Below, piece by piece: positions 1 to 10,783 of a DNA stretch of 44,370 nucleotides. The translations under genes and the position numbers were made by a program. The stretch's first letter is position 1. Each line of letters opens with the position of its first letter. Under the pieces are notes generated by a model that was not told the origin of the DNA, made no database searches, and worked only from the letters and a program-made list of their open reading frames with translations. Source of the DNA: Bacilli bacterium (GTDB lineage Bacteria; Bacillota_I; Bacilli_A; RFN20; CAG-826); the NCBI GenBank assembly GCA_045628045.1, contig JAZQOV010000014.1, positions 1-44,370 of the forward strand, in the 5' to 3' direction.

Positions 1-67
1 ACTCTTTGAGTATTTCTTGTTTTAAATTAGCATCATGCTTTGCAAATTTCTGCCCTTTTAATGCCAT
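1..67 (-). CDS. IS3-family transposase OrfA N-terminus (partial)
   Basis: ATG at 67 with AGGAGG at 80-75. Translates MALKGQKFAKHDANLKQEILKE, resembling Firmicute IS3 OrfA starts (MAxKGQKF...). Not in the ORF track. Confidence 0.75.
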   Translation of the reverse strand, partial: MALKGQKFAKHDANLKQEILKE

Positions 68-141
68 AAAAAAACCTCCTGCTTTTATTATATAGCAAGA
101 GGTCTTTTTATTTTCTTGTGAACTATTTGGGGTTCAGTTCA
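1..141 (-). mobile_element. Left end of an IS3-family (IS150-like) insertion sequence, truncated by the window edge
   Basis: Minus strand from 141 reads TGAACTGAACCCCAAATAGTTCACA, an IS3/IS150-type terminal IR (TG...ACCCC...ACA). It is followed by an AGGAGG RBS and an OrfA-like start. Confidence 0.8.
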
Positions 142-154
142 ACATAGTTCTCTT

Positions 155-1027
155 TTATTTTCTCCAATCATTGAATTTGGAGGCTTTAAGCATTTCAATT
201 TCTTCCTTGTATGGAGGAAGTTCATTTACGAAAGGTGTTTCTAAGATTTTAGGCACTTCTGCAATTCTTTCATTATGAACAACAGCATTTAAAGCATCGA
301 AACCGATTGCACCATAACCAATATTTTCGTGTCTGTCTTTGTGAGCACCAAGTTCATTCTTTGAATCATTAACGTGAACAACTAATAATTTGTCTAATCC
401 GATTGTATTTTCTATATTATCAAGGATCTTTTCGAAGTCTTTAACATTATAATTGTTGTCATTTATATGACAAGTGTCTAGGCAAATGCCTAATCTTTTA
501 GAATGTTTTGTTTTGAAAATGATTTCCTTCATTTGCTCAAAACTTGTACCCATTTCAGAACCTTTTCCAGCCATTGTTTCGAGTGCGATTTTTACATCTG
601 TTCCATCTTGATCTAAAACCCAATCAAGTGCTTTCACGATTGAATCTACACCATTTTCAACACCTGTATTTACATGACTTCCTGGGTGCAAAACTAGAAT
701 TTTTGACCCAAATCCAGCGGTTCTTTTTACTTCATTCAAAAGAACGCTTTTTGCCATATTGTAATTACTCTCGTTCAATTGATTTGCAATGTTAATAATG
801 TATGGAGCATGAACAACAATCTTTGATTCATCGAAATTGTGCTCTTTTAAAAGAGCACGTCCTTCCTCAATTTTTAATTTTTCAAGAGGAGATCTAAAAG
901 CGTTCTGTGGAGCACCTGTATAAAACATGAGTGTATTCGCACCATAAGAAATAGCTTCTTCAACAGAACCTAAATAATATTTTGGAGCCGACATTGAAAC
1001 ATGCGAGCCAATTAAAATTTTATCCAT
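155..1027 (-). CDS. nfo: Endonuclease IV (AP endonuclease)
   Basis: Motifs IGSHVS, HAPYIIN, HPGS, ETMAGKG, CLDTCH, HVNDSK, DRHENIG, ILETP. Start moved to ATG 1027 (MDKILIG), which overlaps the upstream stop. Confidence 0.95.
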   Translation of the reverse strand: MDKILIGSHVSMSAPKYYLGSVEEAISYGANTLMFYTGAPQNAFRSPLEKLKIEEGRALLKEHNFDESKIVVHAPYIINIANQLNESNYNMAKSVLLNEVKRTAGFGSKILVLHPGSHVNTGVENGVDSIVKALDWVLDQDGTDVKIALETMAGKGSEMGTSFEQMKEIIFKTKHSKRLGICLDTCHINDNNYNVKDFEKILDNIENTIGLDKLLVVHVNDSKNELGAHKDRHENIGYGAIGFDALNAVVHNERIAEVPKILETPFVNELPPYKEEIEMLKASKFNDWRK

Positions 1028-2372
1028 TACGATTTTCCCTCTTGTAACGTTCAACGCGTTGACGTCTTATATCCTTACGAATGATTTCGCGTCTATGTTT
1101 TTGTTTAACCTTCTCTATGGCTAATTTTTGTTTCTTTTTATAGCCAGGTTTAACTTTATTATTTTTTATTTTGGATTTTGCCTGGACTTTTCTAATTTCG
1201 GTCTGAAGTTCCTCATCGATTTTTCTTTTGTTTGGATGAGTTTTCTCGATAGGGTGTCCTGGTAAAAGTTCATTATCTTTAAGTAATAAATACTTAAACT
1301 TAATTCCATTTTGAATTAAAGCAAGTGGTTTTGCGACCTTATCATTATTGTAGAATGTATAACAATTTCCTGTCTTATTGAAACGGCCAGTTCTACCTGC
1401 TCTATGATAATAAAATTCAAGATTGTTTGGTAAATCAACATTGACTACATCGCTTACATTTGGAATATCAAGTCCTCTTGCGGCCATGTCTGAACAAACC
1501 AAAATATAAATCTCATCATTTTTTACTTGTCTAATGACAGTTTTTCTTTCTCTAGAATTTAAATCTCCAGTTAATAAACCGGCTTTGTATTTTCTTTCTC
1601 TGAGTGCTTTATAAATCTCATTTGCAGTTTCTTTTTTAGACGCAAAAACAAGTAATAAGTAAGGTTTTATCGCTTCAATTGTGGAAATTAATGATGTAAT
1701 TACATCATCATGTCTAATATCTATCAAGTAATGTGTAACTGAAGAAGCTGTCATTGTTTCTTCGTTAATTACTGGAACATTAGGACCGATGTATCTTTCG
1801 AGTTCGTGAGATAAATTGTTCTCAAGTGTTGCAGAGTAAACCAAAAATCTTGGAGAATTTGTTTGTTCTACAATCTTATCAATTTCTCCGAAAAATCCTT
1901 CTCTTAAAAGCATGTCTGCTTCATCGAGAACGATTGTATTAACGCTCTTAAGCGATACTTTATTTACTAATATATCAACAAGTCTGCCAGGTGTTCCGAT
2001 TGCGATGTGAGGAAGAATTGAAAGGCCTTGTGAACTTTCTTCTCTCTCAATTCCTGACTTAAATAATTTGATCTTTAGACCAGGAAATTCTTTTAAAAAA
2101 GGAGTGGCAAAATCAAAGACTTGTTGTGCTAATTCTCTAGTTGGGACAATGATGATAGATTGAATGCATTGATTTTTTAAATCAATTTTTTCAATTAAAG
2201 GCACTAAAAAAGCTAAAGTTTTTCCTGTTCCTGTTGCGGATTGAACCATTAGAGTTTCGCCTTTTAAAGCTTTTGGAATCGCTCTTAATTGGATTTCTGA
2301 AGGATCACGAAAACCTTGTCTTTCTAGAGACTTGATCATTTTCTCTGACAAATTAATACCTTTGAATGACAT
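1020..2372 (-). CDS. cshB: DEAD-box RNA helicase, CshB-like
   Basis: Q motif, ATGTGKT, PTRELA, TPGR, DEAD, SAT, ARGLD, HRAGRTGR, basic KVKPGYKKK tail. Lies between ispH and nfo as in Bacillus. Confidence 0.9.
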   Translation of the reverse strand: MSFKGINLSEKMIKSLERQGFRDPSEIQLRAIPKALKGETLMVQSATGTGKTLAFLVPLIEKIDLKNQCIQSIIIVPTRELAQQVFDFATPFLKEFPGLKIKLFKSGIEREESSQGLSILPHIAIGTPGRLVDILVNKVSLKSVNTIVLDEADMLLREGFFGEIDKIVEQTNSPRFLVYSATLENNLSHELERYIGPNVPVINEETMTASSVTHYLIDIRHDDVITSLISTIEAIKPYLLLVFASKKETANEIYKALRERKYKAGLLTGDLNSRERKTVIRQVKNDEIYILVCSDMAARGLDIPNVSDVVNVDLPNNLEFYYHRAGRTGRFNKTGNCYTFYNNDKVAKPLALIQNGIKFKYLLLKDNELLPGHPIEKTHPNKRKIDEELQTEIRKVQAKSKIKNNKVKPGYKKKQKLAIEKVKQKHRREIIRKDIRRQRVERYKRENRNG

Positions 2373-2429
2373 AAATTTTCCTGCGCTTAATTATACACGT
2401 AAAATTGAAATTGTGGTATTATTGAAATC

Positions 2430-3293
2430 ATGAAAGTAACCGTTTTAGAACCAAGCGGCTATTGTTCTGGCGTTGAACGCGCCATGAATATAGCAATTGA
2501 AACCAAAGCAAATAATCCATCTAAAAATGTGGTTGTTTTAGGAATGCTTGTTCATAACGAAGACTCTCTAAAAAAACTTGAAGACAAAGGAATTTCAACC
2601 ATTTATAAGGCAAATTGTTCTTTAGAACAAATGGTTGATGAGATTAAAACCCCATCATTAGTGATTTTAACGGCTCATGGCCATTCGAAAAATCTCGAGC
2701 AAGTTATTTTATCGAAAGGTCATAAAATCATTGATGCAACATGCCCTTTTGTCAGTAATTCTTTTGCAGAAATTTCTAAAGCTATTACTGAATCTAACAA
2801 AGTTCTTTACATTGGAGTTAAAAATCATCCAGAAGCCAATGCTGCGTTATCTATTTCGAAAGATGTCACTTTTGTAAATGCGAAAACAAAAGAAATTCCA
2901 TTAATTAATTCTAAATCACCAATGGTGATTTCACAAACGACTTTATCTTCGTTTGAAATTCAAGAAATTATTGATTCAATTAAAGCAAAATATCCAGATG
3001 CTAAGTTTTTAAATGGAATTTGTAATGCTTCAACCTCAAGGCAAAAGGCTTTAATGAATGTAGGCGAAGATGTTGACCTAATTTATATTGTTGGAGGTTC
3101 AAATTCAAACAATACAAAAACACTTTATAATCTTGCAAATAATTTATACAAAAATAAGGTTGTAAAAGTTATCAGTAACGAGACTGAAATAAATAAAAAA
3201 GACCTTATAGGTCTTTCTCATATTGCAATTTCTTCAGGAGCATCAACTCCTAAAGAAGTTATTGAACGAGTTAAAAAAGTTTTACTTAATTAA
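2430..3293 (+). CDS. ispH: 4-hydroxy-3-methylbut-2-enyl diphosphate reductase (MEP pathway)
   Basis: Three Fe-S cysteine motifs GYCSGV, DATCPFV, ICNAS, plus VHN, AHG, HPE, QTT, GASTP. Confidence 0.95.
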   Translation: MKVTVLEPSGYCSGVERAMNIAIETKANNPSKNVVVLGMLVHNEDSLKKLEDKGISTIYKANCSLEQMVDEIKTPSLVILTAHGHSKNLEQVILSKGHKIIDATCPFVSNSFAEISKAITESNKVLYIGVKNHPEANAALSISKDVTFVNAKTKEIPLINSKSPMVISQTTLSSFEIQEIIDSIKAKYPDAKFLNGICNASTSRQKALMNVGEDVDLIYIVGGSNSNNTKTLYNLANNLYKNKVVKVISNETEINKKDLIGLSHIAISSGASTPKEVIERVKKVLLN

Positions 3294-4055
3294 TTCCGGA
3301 ATTACTTCATGGTCTACGATTTCAACTTTTAATGTCGGATCGATACCAAGAAGTATTTTTTTCATTTGTGGCATGAATATTCTTTCAATTTCGTGCGACA
3401 TGTCTAAGAAATTGTAATGATTTGCAATTACATCTCTTCTTGCATGATGTGGAATATCACCAGAAATGAAGATATCGTAGCCTTCTTTTTTAGCAATCAT
3501 GAATTCACGTGAACCGCCACCACCAATTATTGCGACATTTTTTATTGTTTTTACACCAGCATTAATAAGGTGCGAATATTCGACGCCAAGGCATTTATTT
3601 GCATATAATGCAAATTCATGTATTTCCATAGGTTTTTCAAGATCACCACCGCGTGCCATTTTGCAGAATTCTAATGGCTTAATATTTTTAAGCTTAAGTG
3701 CTTCTGCTAAAGCATCATTCATTCCATCTTTTCCTGTGTCAAAATTTGTATGCATTGAGTAAACAGGAATTCCAAGTTTATCAATTGCTTCAACGACAAT
3801 TCGCTTTGTGTCGTTATGTGTAAGAACGCGCATTCTTGGACCATAAATAAATGGATGATGTGTAAGAATAAGATCAGGTTTTTTATTTAATTTCTTAACA
3901 TAGTTAAGAACTTCTTCATCAAAATCGAGACAAAGAAGAATATTGTTAATGTTTTCAGGCAAAGTACCTGTCATTAAACCAACTCTGTCTCCTCTTGATT
4001 TGATTGATTTTGGAAAACGTTTTGCAAGTTCTCTAAATAGTTTAATTTTTTCCAT
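3282..4055 (-). CDS. Nif3-like dinuclear metal centre protein (YqfO family)
   Basis: DRVGL, THHPFI, SMHTNFD, GGGG, SHEIE motifs; downstream of trmK. Confidence 0.9.
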   Translation of the reverse strand: MEKIKLFRELAKRFPKSIKSRGDRVGLMTGTLPENINNILLCLDFDEEVLNYVKKLNKKPDLILTHHPFIYGPRMRVLTHNDTKRIVVEAIDKLGIPVYSMHTNFDTGKDGMNDALAEALKLKNIKPLEFCKMARGGDLEKPMEIHEFALYANKCLGVEYSHLINAGVKTIKNVAIIGGGGSREFMIAKKEGYDIFISGDIPHHARRDVIANHYNFLDMSHEIERIFMPQMKKILLGIDPTLKVEIVDHEVIPELIK

Positions 4056-4707
4056 AGTTATTAAGCCTCTTTATAAAATCTTTTATTTCGTCTTCTTGTT
4101 TTTTAGAAGTTCTTCCTTTAGCAATATTTGCTAAATTTCTTTCACTTTTTTCAATTAAATAAGCTTTATATTCGTTCCAAAGTGGGTCTTTTGGTGTTGA
4201 AATGCCAAATTCTATTTCATCATTTGTGTAAGAAATTTTTGCATCAATTCTTTCAAAAGCAGTAATCAAATAGAACTTATTTTTCTCAAAGACGATTTGC
4301 TCATCAGTGATTTTAAAACCATAGTCAACAATCGTCTTTCTTGCTAAGAAATTGTCTCTATGTGCGTCGATTATTATTTTGCTGAGTTTTTTGACTTTTC
4401 TTGGGTATTTGTCCAAGATATTAATGATATTAAGACCACCCATTCCGGCTAATACAACTGTATTTACAGTTGAATCAACTGCTGTTAAGCCATTTGAATA
4501 AGAAAGACGCACATCTTTTAAACCAATTAAATTTTCTCTTAAGTTTATATATGGTCCTTTTTTATTTTCGATTGCGACCACAAAATTGTTCGTGTTTCTA
4601 GCGATTAAATAAAGCTCTAAAAGACCATGATCAGCGCCGACATCTGCAACAACTTCTCCTGGTTTAATAAAACTTGCTATTACACGAAGCCTTAAGGGAA
4701 TGAGCAT
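4042..4707 (-). CDS. trmK: tRNA (adenine22-N1)-methyltransferase
   Basis: ADVGADHG and LAGMGG motifs; sigA-trmK-nif3 synteny. Confidence 0.88.
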   Translation of the reverse strand: MLIPLRLRVIASFIKPGEVVADVGADHGLLELYLIARNTNNFVVAIENKKGPYINLRENLIGLKDVRLSYSNGLTAVDSTVNTVVLAGMGGLNIINILDKYPRKVKKLSKIIIDAHRDNFLARKTIVDYGFKITDEQIVFEKNKFYLITAFERIDAKISYTNDEIEFGISTPKDPLWNEYKAYLIEKSERNLANIAKGRTSKKQEDEIKDFIKRLNNYGKN

Positions 4708-5984
4708 TAGTTTCTAATCTCTCTATAATCGCCTAAACGACTGACACGTTTACGTGTTCTGAGTTTTTTAATAGCTTTTGCTTCAATTTGACGAATACGT
4801 TCACGTGTAACACCGAATTCTTTTCCAACTTCTTCAAGTGTTCTTGGATGGTTATCAAGTAAACCATATCTAAGTTCAAGAACTCGTCTTTCACGATCTG
4901 TAAGTTCGAGCATAACTTCGTTAAGTTCGTCTTTTAAAAGTTGTTTTGTTGTGTAATCACTTGGAGATTCGACTTCCTTGTCTTCAAGGAAATCTCCTAA
5001 GTGTGAATCGTCTTCTTCACCAATAGGTGTCTCTAAAGAGACAGGTTCTTGGTTAATACGTTGAATTTCTCTAATACGAGCTGGGCTTAAGTCGCCATTT
5101 AAACGCTCTGAAATTTCTTCAGCAGTTGGATCACGGCCAAGTTCTTGGACGAGTTGTCTTTGTGCTTTTGTAATCTTGTTAATGGTTTCGACCATATGAA
5201 CAGGAATACGAATTGTACGAGCTTGGTCTGCAATAGCACGTGCAATTGCTTGTTTAATCCACCATGTAGCATAAGTTGAAAACTTAAATCCTTTAGTGTA
5301 GTCGAATTTATCAACAGCTTTCATTAAGCCAATATTACCTTCTTGGATTAAATCAAGGAATGGCATACCACGTCCTGCATAACGTTTTGCAATTGAAATA
5401 ACTAAACGCAAGTTTGCGGTAATTAAATCATGTTTTGCTTCTTCATCTCCATCAATGATACGTTTAGCAAGTTCAATTTCTTGTTGAGCATTAAGCAAAG
5501 GAACTTTACCAATTTCTTTAAGGTAAATCTTAACTGAGTCATTTACTTTGACATCGCTTGAAGCAAGATTGGTGATATCTTTAAGTTCTTTTTCATTAGG
5601 AACCTCGCTATCATCCATAATCATTTTTGCTTCTGACTCGTCAAAATCAAGATTTTCTAAATCTTCTTCATCAGAATCTGAGATGACGTTAATTTTGTTT
5701 GATTTAAAGAATTCTATTAATTCTTCAATATCTTTATCTTCTAAGTCGAGATGCGAAATTGATTCTTGAATTTCGGATTGTTCAATTTCATTGCCATCAG
5801 CTTTGGCTTGTTTTAAAAGACGTTTCTTAATTGAATCAAGACCTTCAACATCATTGTCTTCTTCATCATCTGAAACTACTTTTTTAACTTTTTTCTCTTT
5901 AACAACCTTTGTGGCAGCTTTGTTAGTTGCCTTTTTTGTGTCTTTTGCGGCTGTTTTAGCCTTTGTTACCTTTTCTTTAGCCAT
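4707..5984 (-). CDS. sigA: Primary RNA polymerase sigma factor
   Basis: [44 protein letters not shown], region 4 [17 protein letters not shown]. Confidence 0.97.
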   Translation of the reverse strand: MAKEKVTKAKTAAKDTKKATNKAATKVVKEKKVKKVVSDDEEDNDVEGLDSIKKRLLKQAKADGNEIEQSEIQESISHLDLEDKDIEELIEFFKSNKINVISDSDEEDLENLDFDESEAKMIMDDSEVPNEKELKDITNLASSDVKVNDSVKIYLKEIGKVPLLNAQQEIELAKRIIDGDEEAKHDLITANLRLVISIAKRYAGRGMPFLDLIQEGNIGLMKAVDKFDYTKGFKFSTYATWWIKQAIARAIADQARTIRIPVHMVETINKITKAQRQLVQELGRDPTAEEISERLNGDLSPARIREIQRINQEPVSLETPIGEEDDSHLGDFLEDKEVESPSDYTTKQLLKDELNEVMLELTDRERRVLELRYGLLDNHPRTLEEVGKEFGVTRERIRQIEAKAIKKLRTRKRVSRLGDYREIRN

Positions 5985-6018
5985 TTATTCGTCCTCCCTT
6001 ATTTTGACGTCTAAATTG

Positions 6019-7818
6019 TTATTTAATTTTTGACAAATATTCTGCCAATATTCGAGCTTGTTCCTCAGGAGATTTTCCTAGGCAAGCTTGCTTCATGGCA
6101 TTTTTCTCATAAATTTTTGTTCTTTCTTCATCAATTACAGTCTTGCAATCTTTTAGAGTTTGTTTAGAAAATTCCGCTTTGTCTTTTCTAAATGCGATTG
6201 CACTTACTTCAGAAAGAATTAGCTCTTTATTTTTGATTTCACTTGTATTAATTTCGCTTAATATCATTGATGGGTCCACTAGGCCATTTGCTTTAAAATC
6301 TTCAAGCACGATATTTGCGATTGTTCGATAGGTTTCATTATAGAAATACTTAATGTATTCTTCATAAAATTTAATTGCTTCATCTGAAATAAACATAAGA
6401 TCAAGCATCGTTCTTTCTGCAAGAGTTAATCTTCTTAAATCCTTTGAAATTTTATTGATATCTAATGAAGTATTAACTTCTGCATTAACAAATTCCTCAT
6501 GAACTACTCCACTATTTTTATTTTTATAGTCACGAACAGAATCTTTAATTGCACCAACTGAAAAACCAGTTGCTTCTGCGAGTTTATAAATATAATCGTC
6601 AGCAACAAGTTTGTCTTTTAAGGAGCAAATTGTTGGCATGAAGTGATGAATAACCTTCTTTTTATCCTCAATGCTTCCAAGTGGCGAGATATTTTGATAA
6701 TAATTAAGTGCAAAATTAAATGGATCTACTAATGTATTGATAAATGTCAATAGTTTTTCAGGACCATCTTGTTTAAGTATTTCATCTGGATCTCTTACTT
6801 CGCCCGGAAGAGAAACTAACCTATAAGGAAGATGAGCTTCATCAAGTTGAGCCATTAATTTCATCATTGCAGATTGTCCAGGTTTATCACCATCAAGGCA
6901 AATTCTTATTTCAACGCCAAGTTTTCTTAGCAATTCAATATGTTGTTTGGTTAATTTGGTAGACATTAAGGCAACTGACGAAGTAATTCCGATAGTGTCT
7001 AATGCAAAAACGTCCATGAATCCTTCGACAACATAAATGTAGCCATCATGTTTTGCTGTTTGTTTTGCTAAATGGTAATTATATAGAATGTTACCTTTGG
7101 TAAAAATTGGAGTATCAGGTGAATTTACGTATTTCGGAGCCTCAGGATCTTCTTTGATTTTTCTTGCTGAAAAACCACAAACTTGGCCATAAGCATCTTT
7201 GATTGGGAAAATTAATCTACCTTGGTTATTGTCACACATTCCACTAGTTTGTGCTAAAGCAATTCCTGTGTTTTCGATATTTTTAAGCGAAAAACCTTTT
7301 GCTTTAAGATACTCAATAGTTATTTTTCCATCATCAAAAGCGTAACCGACACCAAATTTTGTACATTGTTCTAAGGAAAGTTGTCTCTTTTCAAGATAAT
7401 CTCTTGCGACTTTTCCTTCTTCGGTAGTTAGAGCATAAACATAATATTTTTGTAATTCGTTAATACAGTTATAAACTGGCACTAAATTTTCATCAACTTT
7501 TCGTTGAGCAACTTGTTTATGAAGACGAGGATCATCAAAGCCAATAATATCACAAACCTTTCTAACAGCTTCTTCGAAGCTACATTTGTCATATTTTTGG
7601 ACAAAAGTAAAAACGTCTCCACCAGTCTGGCAAACGAAACAATGAAATGATTGTTTATCTTTGCTTATTTGCATTGAAGGGTCATGATCGTCGTGAAAAG
7701 GGCAAACAGCAACATAGCCTTTGCCTTTCTTTTGCACGCTTGATAAGTAAAACGAAATAACGTCGACTATGTCGGCACGTTGTTTTATTTCTTTTACTAA
7801 ATCAAAATCAATCGCCAT
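6019..7818 (-). CDS. dnaG: DNA primase
   Basis: CPFH..CFVC zinc finger, KYVNSPDT, TOPRIM EGFMDV and DGDKPG. Confidence 0.97.
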   Translation of the reverse strand: MAIDFDLVKEIKQRADIVDVISFYLSSVQKKGKGYVAVCPFHDDHDPSMQISKDKQSFHCFVCQTGGDVFTFVQKYDKCSFEEAVRKVCDIIGFDDPRLHKQVAQRKVDENLVPVYNCINELQKYYVYALTTEEGKVARDYLEKRQLSLEQCTKFGVGYAFDDGKITIEYLKAKGFSLKNIENTGIALAQTSGMCDNNQGRLIFPIKDAYGQVCGFSARKIKEDPEAPKYVNSPDTPIFTKGNILYNYHLAKQTAKHDGYIYVVEGFMDVFALDTIGITSSVALMSTKLTKQHIELLRKLGVEIRICLDGDKPGQSAMMKLMAQLDEAHLPYRLVSLPGEVRDPDEILKQDGPEKLLTFINTLVDPFNFALNYYQNISPLGSIEDKKKVIHHFMPTICSLKDKLVADDYIYKLAEATGFSVGAIKDSVRDYKNKNSGVVHEEFVNAEVNTSLDINKISKDLRRLTLAERTMLDLMFISDEAIKFYEEYIKYFYNETYRTIANIVLEDFKANGLVDPSMILSEINTSEIKNKELILSEVSAIAFRKDKAEFSKQTLKDCKTVIDEERTKIYEKNAMKQACLGKSPEEQARILAEYLSKIK

Positions 7819-7824
7819 TAAATG

Positions 7825-9192
7825 TTATTCCTCTAAAGCTTTTTCTAAATATGCTGGGACTTCATCAATTGGAAGTCTAATTTGTTTCATTGAATCTCTT
7901 TCACGAATTGTGACTGAGTTATCATTTGCTGTATCAAAGTCCACTGTAATGCAGAATGGAGTGCCAATTGCATCTTGTCTACGATATCTTTTGCCAATCG
8001 AGGCAGTTTCATCATAAACAACAGTGAATTTCTTTGCTAATTTTTGTTGTAATTCTGCTGCAAATTCTCTTTGTTCCTTTGATAAAGGAAGAACTGCTGC
8101 AAGATATGGAGCAAGCATTGGTTTGAAATGCATAACGACTCTTGAGTCGTTTTCTAATTGCTCAACATCATAAGCATCTGTTGCAACCATAAGGAAAATA
8201 CGATCAACACCCATTGAAGGTTCAATACAATATGGAATATATTTTTCGTTTGTTTCTGGATCTAAATATTCAAGTGATTCTTTAGAAGCTTCCATGTGAC
8301 GTTTAAGGTCATAGTCAGTTCTATCTGCAACACCTAAAATTTCACCCCAACCGAATGGGAATTTGTATTCAACATCGCATGTTCCTTTGGAATAGAATGC
8401 TAATTCTTCAGGTTCGTGATCTCTATAACGAAGATTTTCTTCTTTAATTCCTAATGATTCGAGGAATTTAAGTGAATAATCCTTCCAGTATTTAAACCAT
8501 TCTAGGTCTGTACCTGGTTTACAGAAGAATTCACATTCCATTTGTTCAAATTCACGAACACGGAAAATAAAGTTGCCCGGAGTAATTTCGTTACGGAATG
8601 ATTTTCCGATAGCACAAATACCAAATGGTATTTTCTTACGTGCTGAACGTTGAACATTCTTAAAGTTAACGAACATTCCTTGTGCTGTTTCTGGACGTAA
8701 GTAAACCAATGATTCACTTGCTTCAGTAACACCAATATGTGTTCTAAACATCATGTTAAATTGTCTAATGTCTGTGAAGTCAGATTTTCCACAAACTGGA
8801 CATTTAACTTTGTTAGTTTTAATAAATTCCATCATTTGTTCTTGGGTCATGCCATGAACATCAACGTCTGGGAACTGCTCTTCAATTAAATTATCTGCTC
8901 TATGTCTAGCGTGACATTGTTTACAATCAATTAATGGATCTGAGAATGTTGCAACGTGTCCTGTTGCTTTCCAAACGCCTGGATTCATTAAAATTGCAGC
9001 ATCAATACCAACATTTGTTGGAGATTCTTGAACGAATTTTTTCCAATAAGCTTTCTTAATGTTGTTTTTGAGTTCGACTCCTAGAGGACCATAGTCCCAA
9101 GAGTTTGATAAACCACCATAAATTTCTGAGCCAGGATAGACAAAACCACTTATGATTAAATGGTTCACAATTTCTTCAAATTTCTTTTCCAT
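7825..9192 (-). CDS. glyQS: Glycine--tRNA ligase, alpha2 (GlyRS-1) type
   Basis: [51 protein letters not shown]. Confidence 0.97.
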   Translation of the reverse strand: MEKKFEEIVNHLIISGFVYPGSEIYGGLSNSWDYGPLGVELKNNIKKAYWKKFVQESPTNVGIDAAILMNPGVWKATGHVATFSDPLIDCKQCHARHRADNLIEEQFPDVDVHGMTQEQMMEFIKTNKVKCPVCGKSDFTDIRQFNMMFRTHIGVTEASESLVYLRPETAQGMFVNFKNVQRSARKKIPFGICAIGKSFRNEITPGNFIFRVREFEQMECEFFCKPGTDLEWFKYWKDYSLKFLESLGIKEENLRYRDHEPEELAFYSKGTCDVEYKFPFGWGEILGVADRTDYDLKRHMEASKESLEYLDPETNEKYIPYCIEPSMGVDRIFLMVATDAYDVEQLENDSRVVMHFKPMLAPYLAAVLPLSKEQREFAAELQQKLAKKFTVVYDETASIGKRYRRQDAIGTPFCITVDFDTANDNSVTIRERDSMKQIRLPIDEVPAYLEKALEE

Positions 9193-9275
9193 ATATTATT
9201 AACCTCATTTAAAAAATGACGGATATAAATATCCTACTAAATATGTTATTTGTCAACCTATTTTAAGTGAACTTT

Positions 9276-9911
9276 TTAAATTTCTTTTAACAGAGTTAAC
9301 GATTTTAACTCAATTTGTGAGTTTAAGTTAATAAAGTCGCAAAGCTTAAATATTAGTTCTTTCGCTTTGTGGCTATCTAAATCAATTTTGTTAATTTCAT
9401 CAATTTTTACATTAAAAATGTAATTGTATATTTTTAGTTCTTCCTCATTTCCTCGAGAAAGTAGTTTTCTGTTTTCTATATCAAGGCCATAACCTGCTGA
9501 TTTTAAGACTTGAGCAAAATAAATTAAACAAGTTGGTAAAGGAGCGATAATATTGTTTAAATTTTCTAAAGTTTTCAAGAGAAAATCATAAACGTTCTGG
9601 CACTCTTGAGAACCAATCAAAGTGTTAGTTATTTCACTAATAAAATCTAATATTGCGAGGTTTTCAAAAGACTTAGTGATGTTTGGATAAGAACACAAAA
9701 CTTCACCTAATCTTAACCATTCTCCGTCTTTACCAGAAAATGTTTGAAATAGTGACTTTGTAAATAAATTTACACTAGGAGCATTTTTTGAAGTCATTTT
9801 TAAAACACCTTTTGCTAAAAATGATCTCAAACGGTCTTTAGTTAGAACCGTTATCATTGCGGCACCTTCTTTGTAAGTTGTACGACGAATGACTATGCCT
9901 TCAAATTGCAT
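9276..9911 (-). CDS. recO: DNA repair protein RecO (short form)
   Basis: N-terminal OB fold (EGIVIR..YKE..AKG); era-recO-glyQS synteny; TAATG coupling to era. Confidence 0.85.
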   Translation of the reverse strand: MQFEGIVIRRTTYKEGAAMITVLTKDRLRSFLAKGVLKMTSKNAPSVNLFTKSLFQTFSGKDGEWLRLGEVLCSYPNITKSFENLAILDFISEITNTLIGSQECQNVYDFLLKTLENLNNIIAPLPTCLIYFAQVLKSAGYGLDIENRKLLSRGNEEELKIYNYIFNVKIDEINKIDLDSHKAKELIFKLCDFINLNSQIELKSLTLLKEI

Positions 9912-10783
9912 TATTTATAACCTAATTCTTTAAGAATTCTTGGATTGTTTAACCAATCTTCCTTCACTGAAACAAATAATTCGAGGAAGATTCTTTTGTT
10001 GTAATATTCTTCAAGTTCTTTACGAGCTTTCATTCCAATGGCTTTAATGCGTTTTCCGCCACTTCCTATAACAATTCCTTTATGGGATTCTTTATCAACA
10101 ATAATTGTTGCGCGAATAAAAACAGCTTCTTTTTTTGATTTAATTTCATCAACTCTAACAGCAAGGTCATGAGGAACTTCATCTTTCAACATTTTAAGGA
10201 GTTTCTCACGAATTACTTCGCTAATCATGAATGAAGAATCTTTATCAGTAATTTGGTCCTCTGCAAAGTAGCGCGGGCCTTCTTTTAAAACGGCTTTAAC
10301 TTCTTTTAGAAGTTCGTCAATACCAAAGTTCTCGATAGCAGAAGCTTCTATAAGTTTTGCGTGAGGATAAACTTCAGCATATTTTTGTTTGATTTCTTGG
10401 ACTTCTGGAAGCCTCATTAAATCAATTTTATTTATTACAATAAAAAGTGGAATTTCTTTTGACAATTGTTCATTTATGAAACGATCGCCTTCATCAAATT
10501 TTCTTGATGCGTCCACCACTAAAATATTTGCATCAACATCTTTGGCGGAATCAAGGGCTTCTTTATTCATAAACACGCCAAGTTCGTGATTAGATTTATG
10601 AATACCTGGAGTGTCGATGAAAACAATTTGGTAATCACCATCATCATAAATTCCTTTAATTGAATTTCTTGTTGTTTGAGCTTTCTCTGTGACAATTGAA
10701 AGCTTACGCTCTAAAAGAGCGTTTATGATGGTTGATTTGCCTGCATTTGGCCTACCAATGATTGATACAAATCCGCTTTTCAT
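9911..10783 (-). CDS. era: GTPase Era
   Basis: GRPNAGKST, QTTR, DTPG, NKID and KH domain VIGSGG. Confidence 0.97.
   Translation of the reverse strand: MKSGFVSIIGRPNAGKSTIINALLERKLSIVTEKAQTTRNSIKGIYDDGDYQIVFIDTPGIHKSNHELGVFMNKEALDSAKDVDANILVVDASRKFDEGDRFINEQLSKEIPLFIVINKIDLMRLPEVQEIKQKYAEVYPHAKLIEASAIENFGIDELLKEVKAVLKEGPRYFAEDQITDKDSSFMISEVIREKLLKMLKDEVPHDLAVRVDEIKSKKEAVFIRATIIVDKESHKGIVIGSGGKRIKAIGMKARKELEEYYNKRIFLELFVSVKEDWLNNPRILKELGYK

Noticed and set aside
3291-3304. 14-bp palindrome TAATTCCGGAATTA at the ispH/nif3 convergent overlap
   Set aside because: No loop or U-tract and AT-rich; a function cannot be supported.
9193-9275. T-box upstream of glyQS
   Set aside because: The gap is only 83 bp and has no GGTGG-ACC motif.
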